The notes under the pieces: model-generated
The model's database searches: none
Told to the model about the DNA's origin: nothing
Seen by the model: only the letters and a program-made list of their open reading frames with translations
Made by a program: the position numbers and the translations under genes
Shown here: positions 49,195 through 59,014 of the stretch, in pieces
Position numbering within the stretch: the stretch's first letter is position 1
How the letters are laid out: each line of letters begins with the position of its first letter
Assembly: GCA_963669285.2 (NCBI GenBank)
Contig: CAXXSI010000019.1
Span: 78,780 to 142,779 of the forward strand
Direction of reading: 5' to 3'
Length of the DNA stretch: 64,000 bases
From: Rhizobiaceae bacterium
GTDB taxonomy: Bacteria > Pseudomonadota > Alphaproteobacteria > Rhizobiales > Rhizobiaceae

Positions 49195-49810
49195 CGGCAA
49201 ACGCGGAAAAAACGCCCGCAAACAACCAATCTATGGCTCGTGAAATGCGGGCATTTCTGCCCATCAGCTCGGAAAACTGACCTGCGGCCAAAATCATGGG
49301 CGTTGTGATCGGAATGGCGATGACAATGGACAGAACGCCCAGAAACAATAACTTTGCCGGCGCATGTGGGTCGCTCGCAGAAACAAATTGCGGAAGAAAT
49401 GTCACGTAGAAGAGGATGATCTTGGGATTGAGCAGATTGATGCCGATGCCTGTCATCCAGTTTTTCAACAGTGGTCGAGCCTGGTGACGTTTTTGCGAAT
49501 GCGCCGAAAATGCCGAGCCGTGTCGAAGCGCCTGTATGGCAAGCCAGATCAGGTAGATCGCTCCGACGACCTTCAATGCCAGGAATGCCTCCGGTGACGC
49601 CAGTATCAGTGCTGACAATCCGGCGGTAACCATCAGCGTATGCATCAGGATCCCGGTTGTGGCGCCCAACATGCAGGCAAATCCTGCGGCCCGTCCTTCG
49701 GCCAGTGTGCGGCCGACAAAAAGGGTCATGTCGGGACCCGGCGTGATCGCCAGAATGACGACGGCGAGCGAAAACTGCAGAATGATCGCGGTATCAGGGA
49801 CAAAGAACAT
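49166..49810 (-). CDS. LysE family amino-acid exporter
   Basis: 214 aa with ITPGPDM near the N-terminus and six hydrophobic segments. Confidence 0.85.
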   Translation of the reverse strand: MFFVPDTAIILQFSLAVVILAITPGPDMTLFVGRTLAEGRAAGFACMLGATTGILMHTLMVTAGLSALILASPEAFLALKVVGAIYLIWLAIQALRHGSAFSAHSQKRHQARPLLKNWMTGIGINLLNPKIILFYVTFLPQFVSASDPHAPAKLLFLGVLSIVIAIPITTPMILAAGQFSELMGRNARISRAIDWLFAGVFSAFAVRILLAESK

Positions 49811-49862
49811 TCGGTGATGTACAGGACCGGTGAATTTGCGGAAAAATTAGCCGATATGGCGG

Positions 49863-50744
49863 TCAACCGCCACGCAATTCTTCCGTTATCGGCGGTTGGT
49901 ACTCGCCTTCCATCCAGCGCCAGACGACTTCTTCTCCATCGAAGGTCAGCGCTACGAGATTTGGCCAGCCTTCGGAGCTTGTCTTCGGATCGACGTGCAT
50001 TTCGACACCTTCGGTCTCGTAGACGCGCATCCACTTCCGGTCTCCGTTTTGGGCATGAACCGTCATGTTGCAGCCCGAATTTCCGTAGTACCAGCTGGAA
50101 CCACACAGGGTGGCAAAGAGAAGGCGCCGATCATTGCCGACATCCTGCATCGCCGCGGCCACTGCCGGAATGCTCTTTGTTGCTGCGCGAAATGCCCGGA
50201 TCTCGTCGGTCAGCAACTCGCGGGCAAGCACCGTTTCCGGATTAAGTTCGCCTGGAACAACCGAGCGATATGCCGACATGTCGGGTTTGGAACAGAGTGG
50301 TGCGATCTCATCGATTGTGCGCCGGGAGCCGGCCAGCGAGAAACGGGCCCGGTGATCGACAACACCACCGGAAACCGAAATGTCTGCCCGTATTCCGGAT
50401 CGCAATGGCGGCAGAGCATTGCCCGGTATCGCGATTGATATCGTGAGGCTTTTTCGCGTTGCCTCCAGCTTGAACTTCTCTGCGCCGATACGCAATTGCG
50501 CCTGGCGGAGGCCGTCCGAACCTGCGGTTCCAGTTGCGAGTGTCAGATCCAGGCGCCAGCGTTTTTCCGTGCAGGCCAGCAAACCACCGGTAACCGTCTC
50601 GGTACGGTTTGGGGGTGGCAATTGCGCGGCGGCATCTCCATCAAGTGCTGCCCACCGCTCTGCCGCATGGGCATTGGTCCCTGCCGTCGCAACCGATAGC
50701 AGCACAATTGTCGCAACAAGTTTTGTCAGTATTTTCGAGGCCAT
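49863..50744 (-). CDS. hypothetical exported protein
   Basis: 293 aa with a signal peptide (LLSVATAGTNAHA). No recognised domain. Confidence 0.5.
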   Translation of the reverse strand: MASKILTKLVATIVLLSVATAGTNAHAAERWAALDGDAAAQLPPPNRTETVTGGLLACTEKRWRLDLTLATGTAGSDGLRQAQLRIGAEKFKLEATRKSLTISIAIPGNALPPLRSGIRADISVSGGVVDHRARFSLAGSRRTIDEIAPLCSKPDMSAYRSVVPGELNPETVLARELLTDEIRAFRAATKSIPAVAAAMQDVGNDRRLLFATLCGSSWYYGNSGCNMTVHAQNGDRKWMRVYETEGVEMHVDPKTSSEGWPNLVALTFDGEEVVWRWMEGEYQPPITEELRGG

Positions 50745-50996
50745 CCCAGTCCCTACGGTGCAGAACCACCAACATACCTTGTCATGAAATTCTTAAAAAT
50801 TGGCTGAAATATCACGTTGATAGGATGCGTGGACCCCACCGATCCAGTCAACGGAGCGCTTGACGGTAAACCGAGGGCGCGCCACCTTCACAATGATTGG
50901 ACGGGATTGTTTGAAATGATCGGATGTCAGATGTTGTTGACCCAGCTTGCGGCCATTTATGAACACAATTTCCCAAAGATACCAGTTTCCTCAACT

Positions 50997-51767
50997 ATGC
51001 GAACATTATTCTTCCTGATGCTCAGTGCAGTGCTGTTTACCGCGACGGCGGCAGACTCCCATGCCGCTCAGGTCGTGAAGTTTGAGGCGTCATCGAAATG
51101 GCGCGGGCAAATCATCAATCTGGTCGGCCAATTCAGCAGACCGCGCGGAAGCGGCAAAGTACCGGTCGTTATCCTGCTACACGGGTGCGGTGGCCTCGGA
51201 TTTGCGGTCAGAAGCTCGCTGAATGCCCACGCACGCCATGCAGTGCGCAATGGTTTTGCAGCCCTTGTGCTCGACAGTTTCGGCCCCCGTCGGATTGCAG
51301 GAGGCTGGGTATGCAAGGGGCTCAATCGCCTGGCCGATGCCCGGTCATACCGGCTTCGCGATATCCGCGATGCCGCCAAATGGTTGAAATCAAGACCGGA
51401 TGTTGATGGGCGAAACATATTTGTCATGGGGCAGAGCAACGGCGGCAGCGTGGCGCTGAGGGCGGCCGCCGCCGGCGGATTCAGAGCAGTAGCCGCCTAC
51501 TACCCGTGGTGTGGAGCGGCTTCCGGCAATCGGGCGCCGCTTATCGTGTTTGGCGGTGGTCTTGACGACTGGGTGCCGCCGGATGCTTGCAAACACCGCC
51601 GACAGACGGCCAAATACAGGTATGTGCATTATGCGGATGCTGCGCATTCTTTCGATGTTCGAAGCGGCCGAAAACGCTACCTTGGCTACCGCATCGGCTA
51701 CAACGGAGCGGCCACAGCCGACAGCCGCAGCCGGATGATCTCGTTCTTCAGACAACATATGCGTTGA
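50997..51767 (+). CDS. dienelactone hydrolase-family alpha/beta hydrolase (exported)
   Basis: ORF 50817..51767. Start moved to MRTLFFLMLSAVLFTATAADSHA. Contains VVILLHGCGG and the nucleophile elbow GQSNGG. Confidence 0.7.
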   Translation: MRTLFFLMLSAVLFTATAADSHAAQVVKFEASSKWRGQIINLVGQFSRPRGSGKVPVVILLHGCGGLGFAVRSSLNAHARHAVRNGFAALVLDSFGPRRIAGGWVCKGLNRLADARSYRLRDIRDAAKWLKSRPDVDGRNIFVMGQSNGGSVALRAAAAGGFRAVAAYYPWCGAASGNRAPLIVFGGGLDDWVPPDACKHRRQTAKYRYVHYADAAHSFDVRSGRKRYLGYRIGYNGAATADSRSRMISFFRQHMR

Positions 51768-51824
51768 GCGCAGTCTGATTCTCCTCTAAGAGGCCGTCAA
51801 ATTCCCAATAGCGGAGCAACGGCA

Positions 51825-53042
51825 GTGACCAAACTCGACGGCGTAAAGAAAGTGGTGCTCGCATATTCCGGCGGCCTCGATACCTCGATCATCCTGAAGT
51901 GGCTACAAACCGAGCTCAATGCGGAAGTCGTCACGTTTACGGCCGACCTGGGCCAGGGTGATGAACTGGAGCCCGCACGCAAGAAAGCCGAAATGCTGGG
52001 CATCAAGGAAATCTATATCGAAGATTTGCGTGAGGAGTTCGTACGCGATTTCGTATTTCCGATGTTTCGGGCAAACGCCGTATACGAGGGCATATACCTG
52101 CTCGGGACGTCGATTGCCCGACCGCTCATTTCAAAGCGTCTTGTAGAAATTGCGGAAGAAACGGGGGCCGATGCGATTGCGCATGGCGCAACCGGCAAGG
52201 GCAACGATCAGGTGCGGTTTGAGCTTTCAGCCTATGCGCTCAATCCGGATATCAAGGTCATCGCTCCCTGGCGCGACTGGTCGTTCAAGTCGCGGACCGA
52301 CCTGATCAATTTTGCCCGTGATCATCAGATTCCCGTGCCAAAGGACAAACAGGGTGAAGCGCCGTTTTCGGTGGACGCCAATCTTCTCCACTCATCTTCC
52401 GAGGGCAAGGTATTGGAAGATCCCTGGTTGGAGGCACCGGAATATGTCTATCAGCGAACCATTTCGCCAATGGATGCGCCCGACGAAGCCACAGAAATCG
52501 TAATCGAATTCGCCAGGGGCGACGCGGTTTTGCTCAATGGCAAACCCCTTTCGCCTGCGACCATGCTCGCAACGCTCAACGATTTGGCCCGTGACAACGG
52601 GATCGGCCGGATCGATCTGGTGGAAAACCGCTTTGTTGGCATGAAATCACGCGGCGTCTACGAGACGCCGGGTGGCACGATTCTTCTCGCCGCACACCGG
52701 GCAATCGAATCTATCACGCTCGACCGCGGCGCCGCGCATCTGAAAGACGAACTGATGCCGCGCTACGCTGAGTTGGTTTACAACGGCTTCTGGATATCGC
52801 CTGAACGCGAAATGCTGCAGGCGGCTATCGACAAAAGCCAGGAAGATGTCGAGGGATCAGTGCGATTGAAGCTCTATAAGGGCAATGTCCTGGTGACCGG
52901 GCGCAAATCGGCAAAATCGCTCTATTCGGACGAGTTAGTGACGTTTGAAGACGACCGCGGCGCATATGATCAGAAAGATGCGGAAGGATTTATCCGCCTC
53001 AACGCCCTTCGTTTACGCACTCTGGCGGCACGTAATCGCTAG
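51825..53042 (+). CDS. argG: argininosuccinate synthase
   Basis: 405 aa, GTG start, with [12 protein letters not shown] and [15 protein letters not shown]. Confidence 0.95.
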   Translation: MTKLDGVKKVVLAYSGGLDTSIILKWLQTELNAEVVTFTADLGQGDELEPARKKAEMLGIKEIYIEDLREEFVRDFVFPMFRANAVYEGIYLLGTSIARPLISKRLVEIAEETGADAIAHGATGKGNDQVRFELSAYALNPDIKVIAPWRDWSFKSRTDLINFARDHQIPVPKDKQGEAPFSVDANLLHSSSEGKVLEDPWLEAPEYVYQRTISPMDAPDEATEIVIEFARGDAVLLNGKPLSPATMLATLNDLARDNGIGRIDLVENRFVGMKSRGVYETPGGTILLAAHRAIESITLDRGAAHLKDELMPRYAELVYNGFWISPEREMLQAAIDKSQEDVEGSVRLKLYKGNVLVTGRKSAKSLYSDELVTFEDDRGAYDQKDAEGFIRLNALRLRTLAARNR

Positions 53043-53117
53043 AGCAGCTTTGATCCAAAACCGCTCCGGCAGAATGGCTCCGAATTGATCAAAACCGCTC
53101 TAAGTTCGATGCCGGGG

Positions 53118-53159
53118 CTGTCCGCGTGGACGCGGGACAGATTCGGCACCGGTTTTTTT
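53118..53159 (+). terminator. possible terminator between convergent argG and the transglycosylase gene
   Basis: Imperfect GC hairpin CTGTCCGCG-TGGA-CGCGGGACAG. A T7 run follows 12 nt later (53153-53159). The geometry is not canonical. Confidence 0.3.
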
Positions 53160-53182
53160 GATACTCAAGGAACGATTGGCGG

Positions 53183-53998
53183 TTAACCGTCGATCGCCTT
53201 TCCCATAATGGCAATCGCCTGCTGATAAACACTCGCCGCGTTCCAGCCCTTGATCGCGCGGAAATTTCGCTGCCCCGGTTGGTAGCCGCCACCCGCGCGC
53301 CAGCCATGTGCACGCAAGAAGTTGGCGGTCGAAGCCAGCGCATCAGCCTTTGAACGCGACAAATCAAGCCGTCCGTTGCCGTCGCCGTCGCGTGCATATT
53401 TCAAAACACTGCCAGGCAGAAACTGGGTTTGGCCCCATTCGCCATGTTTGGCGCCGACTGTCGATGACGACAGGATACCGCGATCAACCAGTTTCAGGGC
53501 GGCCAGCAGGTGACCGGTAAAGAACGCCGACCGGCGGCAGTCATAGGCCAGCGTCGCGGTGGCCGATATGAGGTTTGTGTTGCCCTGGAAGCGGCCGAAT
53601 CCGGTCTCCATGCCCCAGATTGCCAGAAGCGGGCCGGGTGGCACGCCGTAGCGTGCCTCAAGGTTAGCCAGCAGCTTGCCATGGGAACGTTTCAGCGAAC
53701 GACCCTTTTTGATGATCGTGTTGGAGCCACGGACCTGCATGAATTTCTTCAGCGAGTATTTAAAACTCTTCTGACCGCGGTCAGCCTTGATCGTGGACGT
53801 CGAGTAACGCGTCTTGGCCAGCGCAGACAGACCACGATTTCCGATTCCCTTGGCGCGCGCTTCAGCAGCAAACTGCTGTTTCCAGGTTTCAAATCCACCT
53901 GACCTGTTGCCACACTGCGCCGCTGCCGCGACGCTGACCGAAACCGCCAGACCCAGTGCTGATCCAACAAAAATGCGTGATATTCGAGAAAACAACAT
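53183..53998 (-). CDS. lytic murein transglycosylase (MltB-like)
   Basis: 271 aa with a signal peptide. LAIWGMETGFG and GEWGQTQFLPG are typical of this family. Confidence 0.85.
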   Translation of the reverse strand: MLFSRISRIFVGSALGLAVSVSVAAAAQCGNRSGGFETWKQQFAAEARAKGIGNRGLSALAKTRYSTSTIKADRGQKSFKYSLKKFMQVRGSNTIIKKGRSLKRSHGKLLANLEARYGVPPGPLLAIWGMETGFGRFQGNTNLISATATLAYDCRRSAFFTGHLLAALKLVDRGILSSSTVGAKHGEWGQTQFLPGSVLKYARDGDGNGRLDLSRSKADALASTANFLRAHGWRAGGGYQPGQRNFRAIKGWNAASVYQQAIAIMGKAIDG

Positions 53999-54073
53999 GC
54001 CCGCTCCTCATTTCAACAAACAACGTTTGCGTCCCGCCGGCAAATTGCCAGCACATTCAACCAATGTCATCCA

Positions 54074-54093
54074 TTGAACATTAGAATGTTCAA
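54074..54093. repeat. 20-bp AT-rich palindrome (9+9 bp arms)
   Basis: TTGAACATT-AG-AATGTTCAA lies 76-95 nt upstream of the transglycosylase start codon. Confidence 0.9.
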
Positions 54094-54155
54094 ATAAGGT
54101 GAACGCGATTTGCTTGGCAAATTTTAGGCGGGGCGAAAACCGGTGTCACGACATG

Positions 54156-55172
54156 TCATGCAAGACCATGTTCAATAAGGCTTTTACCGGAAGCGACGGC
54201 GGCGTCCTCGACAGGTATGAACTCGATACCAAGTGCCTTTTTTGTTCGGCTGTTGTCTAATTTGCGGTCAAGTCCGAGATCTGGAACAGTCAGTTTGGCG
54301 GTAGGATCAAACAACGCAACGAGTTTGACCATGAAGTTCGGAAGTTCCCGTTTTGGTGCCTTCTTTGCCTTTTCTCCAAGTCCCTTATGCAGCGCTTTGC
54401 CGACTTCGACAAACCATGGCATTTCGGCGCATCCGAGATACCGCCCACCCGAAGGTTGCCCGGTTTCTGCTGCCAGCACATGCATTTTTGCGATGTCGCG
54501 AACGTCGACGCAAGGCATCTTCACGCGTGGCGCTCCGGGGAATTTTCCCTTCAAGAACATCTGCACCAATTCGAGCGAGGCACCGAAATCGGAATCGAGC
54601 GGCGGGCCCATCACCAGACCGGGATTGACTGTCGAGAAGTGTATGTCGCTACCTTCTTCGGCGATGAAGTCGCGCGCCGCTTTTTCAGCTAGAGTTTTGG
54701 ATTTGTTGTAGGGGCTCATTCCGGGACCATCGACAACCGACCAGTCATCCTCATTAAAGCTAAGCTTGTTGGGCGCATGACCAAACATGACGGCAACGAG
54801 CGAGGATGTTTGAACGAAGCGTTTTACGCGGGCCGCCTTTGCCGCACGAAGAACCCTGAGCGTTCCCTCGACGGCGGGTTTGATGAGTTCGTTTTCATCC
54901 TTAGGCTGCGCTAACGGAAACGGGGAAGCGACATGGGCAACAACGTCGCAGCCTTTCACCGCTTCTTTCCAGCCAGCATCCGATGAAAGGTCTGCCTCGA
55001 ATATTTCAACTTCCGCTTTGTCAAAGTGCTTTTTCAGCGTCTCGGCGACTTTTTTGCCCTTGGCCTTCGACCGCACGGTTCCGCCAACCTTGTATCCGGT
55101 TTTCAGGAACTCCAATGCCACATGTTTGGCGATGAAGCCGGAAATACCTGTCACGAGCACTGTCTTTGCCAC
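54156..55172 (-). CDS. NAD(P)-dependent SDR-family oxidoreductase (dihydroflavonol-reductase/aldehyde-reductase-like)
   Basis: 338 aa with VLVTGISGFIA and the YNKSK catalytic motif. Confidence 0.85.
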   Translation of the reverse strand: MAKTVLVTGISGFIAKHVALEFLKTGYKVGGTVRSKAKGKKVAETLKKHFDKAEVEIFEADLSSDAGWKEAVKGCDVVAHVASPFPLAQPKDENELIKPAVEGTLRVLRAAKAARVKRFVQTSSLVAVMFGHAPNKLSFNEDDWSVVDGPGMSPYNKSKTLAEKAARDFIAEEGSDIHFSTVNPGLVMGPPLDSDFGASLELVQMFLKGKFPGAPRVKMPCVDVRDIAKMHVLAAETGQPSGGRYLGCAEMPWFVEVGKALHKGLGEKAKKAPKRELPNFMVKLVALFDPTAKLTVPDLGLDRKLDNSRTKKALGIEFIPVEDAAVASGKSLIEHGLA

Positions 55173-55307
55173 GATCTTCCCTCCACATTTTTTATCGTTG
55201 CGCCTGATCCGTTTTTACGGTTCACCGCATTGGTGCAGTTGGCGCTCACTCATGGATTACATGGCGACTATTTGGTCAAATGCAAACCATGGACTACCTA
55301 TCAGGTC

Positions 55308-55682
55308 ATGATGAATGCGCTGCGCCCAATTTGGATCATTGTCGGCCTTGCCGCACTGGGTCTTGCAATTGCCGGCGCCTTTCTGCCGCTGCTGCCGACA
55401 ACGCCCTTCTTGCTGGTGGCGGCATTTGCGTTCGCGCGCAGCTCTCCGCGTATGCATGATTGGCTGCTCAATCATCGCTATTTCGGCCCGATGATTGAAA
55501 ACTGGCGACAGCACGGGGCGATATCGCGACGCGCAAAGTTTGCCGCAGCGGGAGCGATGGTTGCTGCTATCTTGTTGTCGTGGCTCGGCGGATTTGGAAA
55601 CTTCGTCATTGGCTTGCAGATCGCGGTGATGGGCTGTGTCGCGCTGTTCATCTTCACGCGGCCCGATGCGCCTTCCCGTTAG
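55308..55682 (+). CDS. YbaN family (DUF454) inner-membrane protein
   Basis: ORF 55026..55682. Start moved to MMNALRPIWIIVGL...LPLLPTTPFLLVAAFAFARSSPRMHDWL. Confidence 0.75.
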   Translation: MMNALRPIWIIVGLAALGLAIAGAFLPLLPTTPFLLVAAFAFARSSPRMHDWLLNHRYFGPMIENWRQHGAISRRAKFAAAGAMVAAILLSWLGGFGNFVIGLQIAVMGCVALFIFTRPDAPSR

Positions 55683-55913
55683 GTGTTGCAAGCATTGACT
55701 TTGCTGCAGATATGCTGTTTACACGCGCCGAATTCCGCGACGAGTTTCAGACTCCAAGCGCCGACCGGGACCCTTGAGGTATAAAGAGATCCCGGAGGTC
55801 AACATCCGGCAGCGCGATGCGCCCCCGGGTGCAAAAGCGCTTTGGATTTGAAATCGAAGCTGTGAAACCCGACCTTTGGGACATAAACGCTTCCCGAAGA
55901 CCTGAGGACAAAG

Positions 55914-57458
55914 ATGTTTGAATCGCTGCAGGAACGCCTTGGCGGCATACTGAATGGACTGACCGGGCGCGGTGCGTTGTCGGAAAAGGACGTTGCCGCC
56001 GCGTTGCGCGAAGTGCGACGGGCGTTGATCGAAGCCGATGTGGCGCTGGAAGTGGTTCGCGGTTTCACTGATCGCGTCCGCGAAAAAGCCATCGGCGCGG
56101 AGGTTCTCAAAAGCATCAAACCCGGCCAGATGGTCGTCAAGATCGTCCATGACGAGCTGGTCGAGATGCTTGGTGCAGAAGGCGTCGCCATCGATCTCAA
56201 CGCGCCGGCGCCGGTCGTGATCATGATGGTCGGCCTGCAAGGCTCGGGTAAGACAACCACGTCGGCCAAAATTGCCAAACGCATGGTCGAGAAGCAAGGC
56301 AAGCAGGTCATCATGGCCTCGCTCGATACCCGCCGACCGGCGGCCCAGGAACAGTTGCGCCAGTTGGGCGAGCAGACAAACGTGGCAACGCTTCCCATCG
56401 TTGAAGACCAGTCGCCGGTCGAGATCGCCAAACGCGCCGTCCAGGCCGGCAAGCTTGGCGGCCATGACGTGGTGATCCTCGACACCGCTGGCCGCACCCA
56501 CATCGACGAGCCGCTGATGTTGGAAATGGCCGACATCAAAAAGGCCTCGAGCCCGCACGAGATCCTGTTGGTCGCTGATTCGCTGACCGGTCAGGACGCA
56601 GTCAATCTGGCCAAGAGCTTCGATGAGCGTGTCGGTATTACCGGTCTTGTGCTGACCCGCATGGACGGTGACGGTCGCGGCGGTGCGGCGCTATCCATGC
56701 GCGCTGTTACGGGCAAGCCGATCAAGCTGATCGGTACTGGCGAGAAGATGGACGCGCTGGAAGAGTTTTTTCCCAAGCGCATTGCCGATCGTATCCTCGG
56801 CATGGGCGATATTGTTTCGCTTGTTGAGAAAGCCGCCGAAACCATCGATGCGGAAAAAGCCGCTGCGATGGCCAAGAAGATGCAGTCGGGGAAATTCGAT
56901 CTGAATGACCTCTCCGATCAACTTGGCCAGATGCAGAAGATGGGCGGTATGGGCGGTATCATGGGCATGATGCCAGGCATGGGAAAAATGAAAGACCAGA
57001 TGGCTGCAGCCGGTCTCGACGACAAGATGTTCGGCCGCCAGCTTGCCATCATCTCGTCGATGACAAAACATGAGCGAGCCCATCCGGAAGTGCTGAAACA
57101 CAGCCGCAAGAAGCGCATCGCCGCCGGCTCCGGCACCAATGCCGCTGAAATCAACAAGCTTTTGAAAATGCATCGCCAGATGGCGGACATGATGAAGGCG
57201 ATGGGTGGCGGCAAAGGCAAGGGCGCCGGCATGATGCGCAACCTGATGGGCGGTCTTGCCGGCAAGATGGGCCTTGGCGGCATGGGCGGCATGCCGGACC
57301 TGTCGGATATGGATCCAAAACAGCTGGAGAAACTGCAGAAACAGGCCGAGGCCGCCGGCCTTCCCGGCGTGCCGGGAGGAGGCCTGCCGGGATTGGGAGG
57401 ACCGAAGCTGCCGGGCCTCGGCGGACCGTCGTTGCCGGGATTGGGCAAGAAGAAATGA
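55914..57458 (+). CDS. ffh: signal recognition particle protein Ffh
   Basis: 514 aa with MFESLQERL, GLQGSGKTTT, DTAGR and a Met/Gly-rich M domain. Confidence 0.95.
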   Translation: MFESLQERLGGILNGLTGRGALSEKDVAAALREVRRALIEADVALEVVRGFTDRVREKAIGAEVLKSIKPGQMVVKIVHDELVEMLGAEGVAIDLNAPAPVVIMMVGLQGSGKTTTSAKIAKRMVEKQGKQVIMASLDTRRPAAQEQLRQLGEQTNVATLPIVEDQSPVEIAKRAVQAGKLGGHDVVILDTAGRTHIDEPLMLEMADIKKASSPHEILLVADSLTGQDAVNLAKSFDERVGITGLVLTRMDGDGRGGAALSMRAVTGKPIKLIGTGEKMDALEEFFPKRIADRILGMGDIVSLVEKAAETIDAEKAAAMAKKMQSGKFDLNDLSDQLGQMQKMGGMGGIMGMMPGMGKMKDQMAAAGLDDKMFGRQLAIISSMTKHERAHPEVLKHSRKKRIAAGSGTNAAEINKLLKMHRQMADMMKAMGGGKGKGAGMMRNLMGGLAGKMGLGGMGGMPDLSDMDPKQLEKLQKQAEAAGLPGVPGGGLPGLGGPKLPGLGGPSLPGLGKKK

Positions 57459-58012
57459 CTCCCGCCGCCAGAACCATCCCTGTCCTTGAAACCGAGCGTC
57501 TGATCCTGCGTGCCTTCGAGCAGCGCGATTTCAAACCGTTCGCAGCGTTTTACGCAACTGAGGCTTCGCAGTTCGTCGGCGGGCCGATGGATGAAGCCCT
57601 GGCCTGGCGCAAACTGTCGGGCTATGCAGGAAGCTGGATTTTGCGCGGTTTCGGCAAATTCGCACTGGAAGAAAAGCAAAGCGGTAAATTCGTCGGCCTT
57701 GTCGGCCCGTGGTTTCCCGAAGGCTGGCCTGAACCGGAAATCTCCTGGACGGTTGTTCAGGACTTCCAGGGCAAGGGCTTTGCCAAGGAAGCCGCTACCC
57801 GCGCCTTGCGCTTCGTCTATGAGGAGCTCGGTTGGGAAACCGCCTGTTCATGTATCGACGCTGACAACACACCTTCAATCAGATTGGCGGAAAGCCTGGG
57901 TGCGGATTGTGAGGGCGAGACCGAAATTCGGCCCTTTGGACCGGCATTGCTCTACAGGCACAAATCGCCAGCGGAATTCGTGACGGGTGACGGATTGGAG
58001 AGCGCGGCATGA
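57455..58012 (+). CDS. GNAT family N-acetyltransferase (RimJ/RimL-like)
   Basis: 185 aa. ATGA overlap with the ffh stop. Contains LETERLILRAF and QGKGFAKEA. Confidence 0.8.
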   Translation: MTPAARTIPVLETERLILRAFEQRDFKPFAAFYATEASQFVGGPMDEALAWRKLSGYAGSWILRGFGKFALEEKQSGKFVGLVGPWFPEGWPEPEISWTVVQDFQGKGFAKEAATRALRFVYEELGWETACSCIDADNTPSIRLAESLGADCEGETEIRPFGPALLYRHKSPAEFVTGDGLESAA

Positions 58013-58323
58013 GCGATACCGAAAAGGCAATGGCATTGCTGAGAGAATACCGCCAGTCGATCGACAATTTCGATGCGATGCTTGTCTACACACTGGCAGA
58101 GCGCTTTCGCTGTACCAAGGCGGTTGGTGAGCTGAAGGCCAAACATGATCTTCCGCCGGCCGACCCTGCGCGTGAGAAAATCCAGATCGAGCGGTTGCGC
58201 CAGTTGGCTAAGGAAGCTGATCTCGATCCGGATTTCGCGGAAAAATTTCTGAACTTCATCATTCAGGAAGTGATCCGGCATCACGAAAAAATTGCTGCCA
58301 ACAACGGCAGGAACGACAACTGA
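58009..58323 (+). CDS. chorismate mutase (AroQ class)
   Basis: 104 aa. ATGA overlap with the GNAT stop. Contains [23 protein letters not shown]...REKIQIERL. Confidence 0.85.
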   Translation: MSDTEKAMALLREYRQSIDNFDAMLVYTLAERFRCTKAVGELKAKHDLPPADPAREKIQIERLRQLAKEADLDPDFAEKFLNFIIQEVIRHHEKIAANNGRNDN

Positions 58324-58360
58324 AATTAAACGGACAGAACATCCATTAGGAGCAACTAAC

Positions 58361-58897
58361 ATGTCACTGAAAATTCGTCTGGCCCGCGCGGGCTCGAAAA
58401 AACGCCCCTACTATCATGTCGTCATCGCCGATGTGCGCAGCCCACGCGACGGCCGCTTCATCGAGCAGGTCGGCTCATGGAACCCGATGCTGCCCAAGGA
58501 TGGCGAGAGGGTGAAGCTGAACGAGGAACGCATCAAGCATTGGCTTGGTCATGGCGCTCAGCCGACCGACCGCGTACTTCGGTTCCTTGACGAAGCCGGT
58601 ATTGCAAAACGCGAAGCGCGCAACAATCCCAACAAGGCCAAACCGGGCAAAAAAGCGACTGAGCGTCTGGAAGCTACCAAACAGGCAGAAGAAGATGCCA
58701 AGGCCAAAGCCGAAGAGGAAGCCGAAGCTGCAAAGGCAGCCGAAGAGGAAGCAAAGGCAGCCGCCGATGCACCAGCCGAAGAGACCCCCGCAGAAGAAGC
58801 TCCGGCAGAAGCCGCAGCTGAGGAGGCCCCCGCTGAAGCTGCTGCAGAGGAAGCCCCGGCTGAAGAGGACGCCAAGAAGGAAGAAGCAGCGTCCTGA
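58361..58897 (+). CDS. rpsP: 30S ribosomal protein S16 with a long Ala/Glu/Lys-rich C-terminal extension
   Basis: ORF 58292..58897. Start at [21 protein letters not shown]. The C-terminal tail of roughly 90 aa has AEEAPAEAA repeats. Confidence 0.92.
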   Translation: MSLKIRLARAGSKKRPYYHVVIADVRSPRDGRFIEQVGSWNPMLPKDGERVKLNEERIKHWLGHGAQPTDRVLRFLDEAGIAKREARNNPNKAKPGKKATERLEATKQAEEDAKAKAEEEAEAAKAAEEEAKAAADAPAEETPAEEAPAEAAAEEAPAEAAAEEAPAEEDAKKEEAAS

Positions 58898-58926
58898 TTA
58901 TTTGCCGGTTTGCCAATTGAAGAAAT

Positions 58927-58958
58927 CGGCGGGATTCATAGTCCGCCGTTTTTCTTTG
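58927..58958 (+). terminator. rho-independent terminator downstream of rpsP
   Basis: CGGCGG-GATTCATAGT-CCGCCG is followed by TTTTTCTTT. Confidence 0.6.
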
Positions 58959-59014
58959 CGGCAGCAGCCAAACGATGCGACCATGGCGAACATGGTGCTG
59001 AAAGGGTGTGATCC

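Noticed and set aside
54074-54093. Palindrome TTGAACATTAGAATGTTCAA considered as a LexA/SOS box.
   Set aside because: The alphaproteobacterial LexA site is a direct repeat GTTC-N7-GTTC, as seen at 26593. This one is an inverted GAAC-N8-GTTC, which also does not fit the Gram-positive GAAC-N4-GTTC.
58613-58894. Short tandem-like nucleotide repeats, checked as a possible CRISPR or VNTR array.
   Set aside because: The repeats are in-frame codon repeats (AEEAPAEAA) inside rpsP. There is no spacer/repeat architecture and there are no cas genes.
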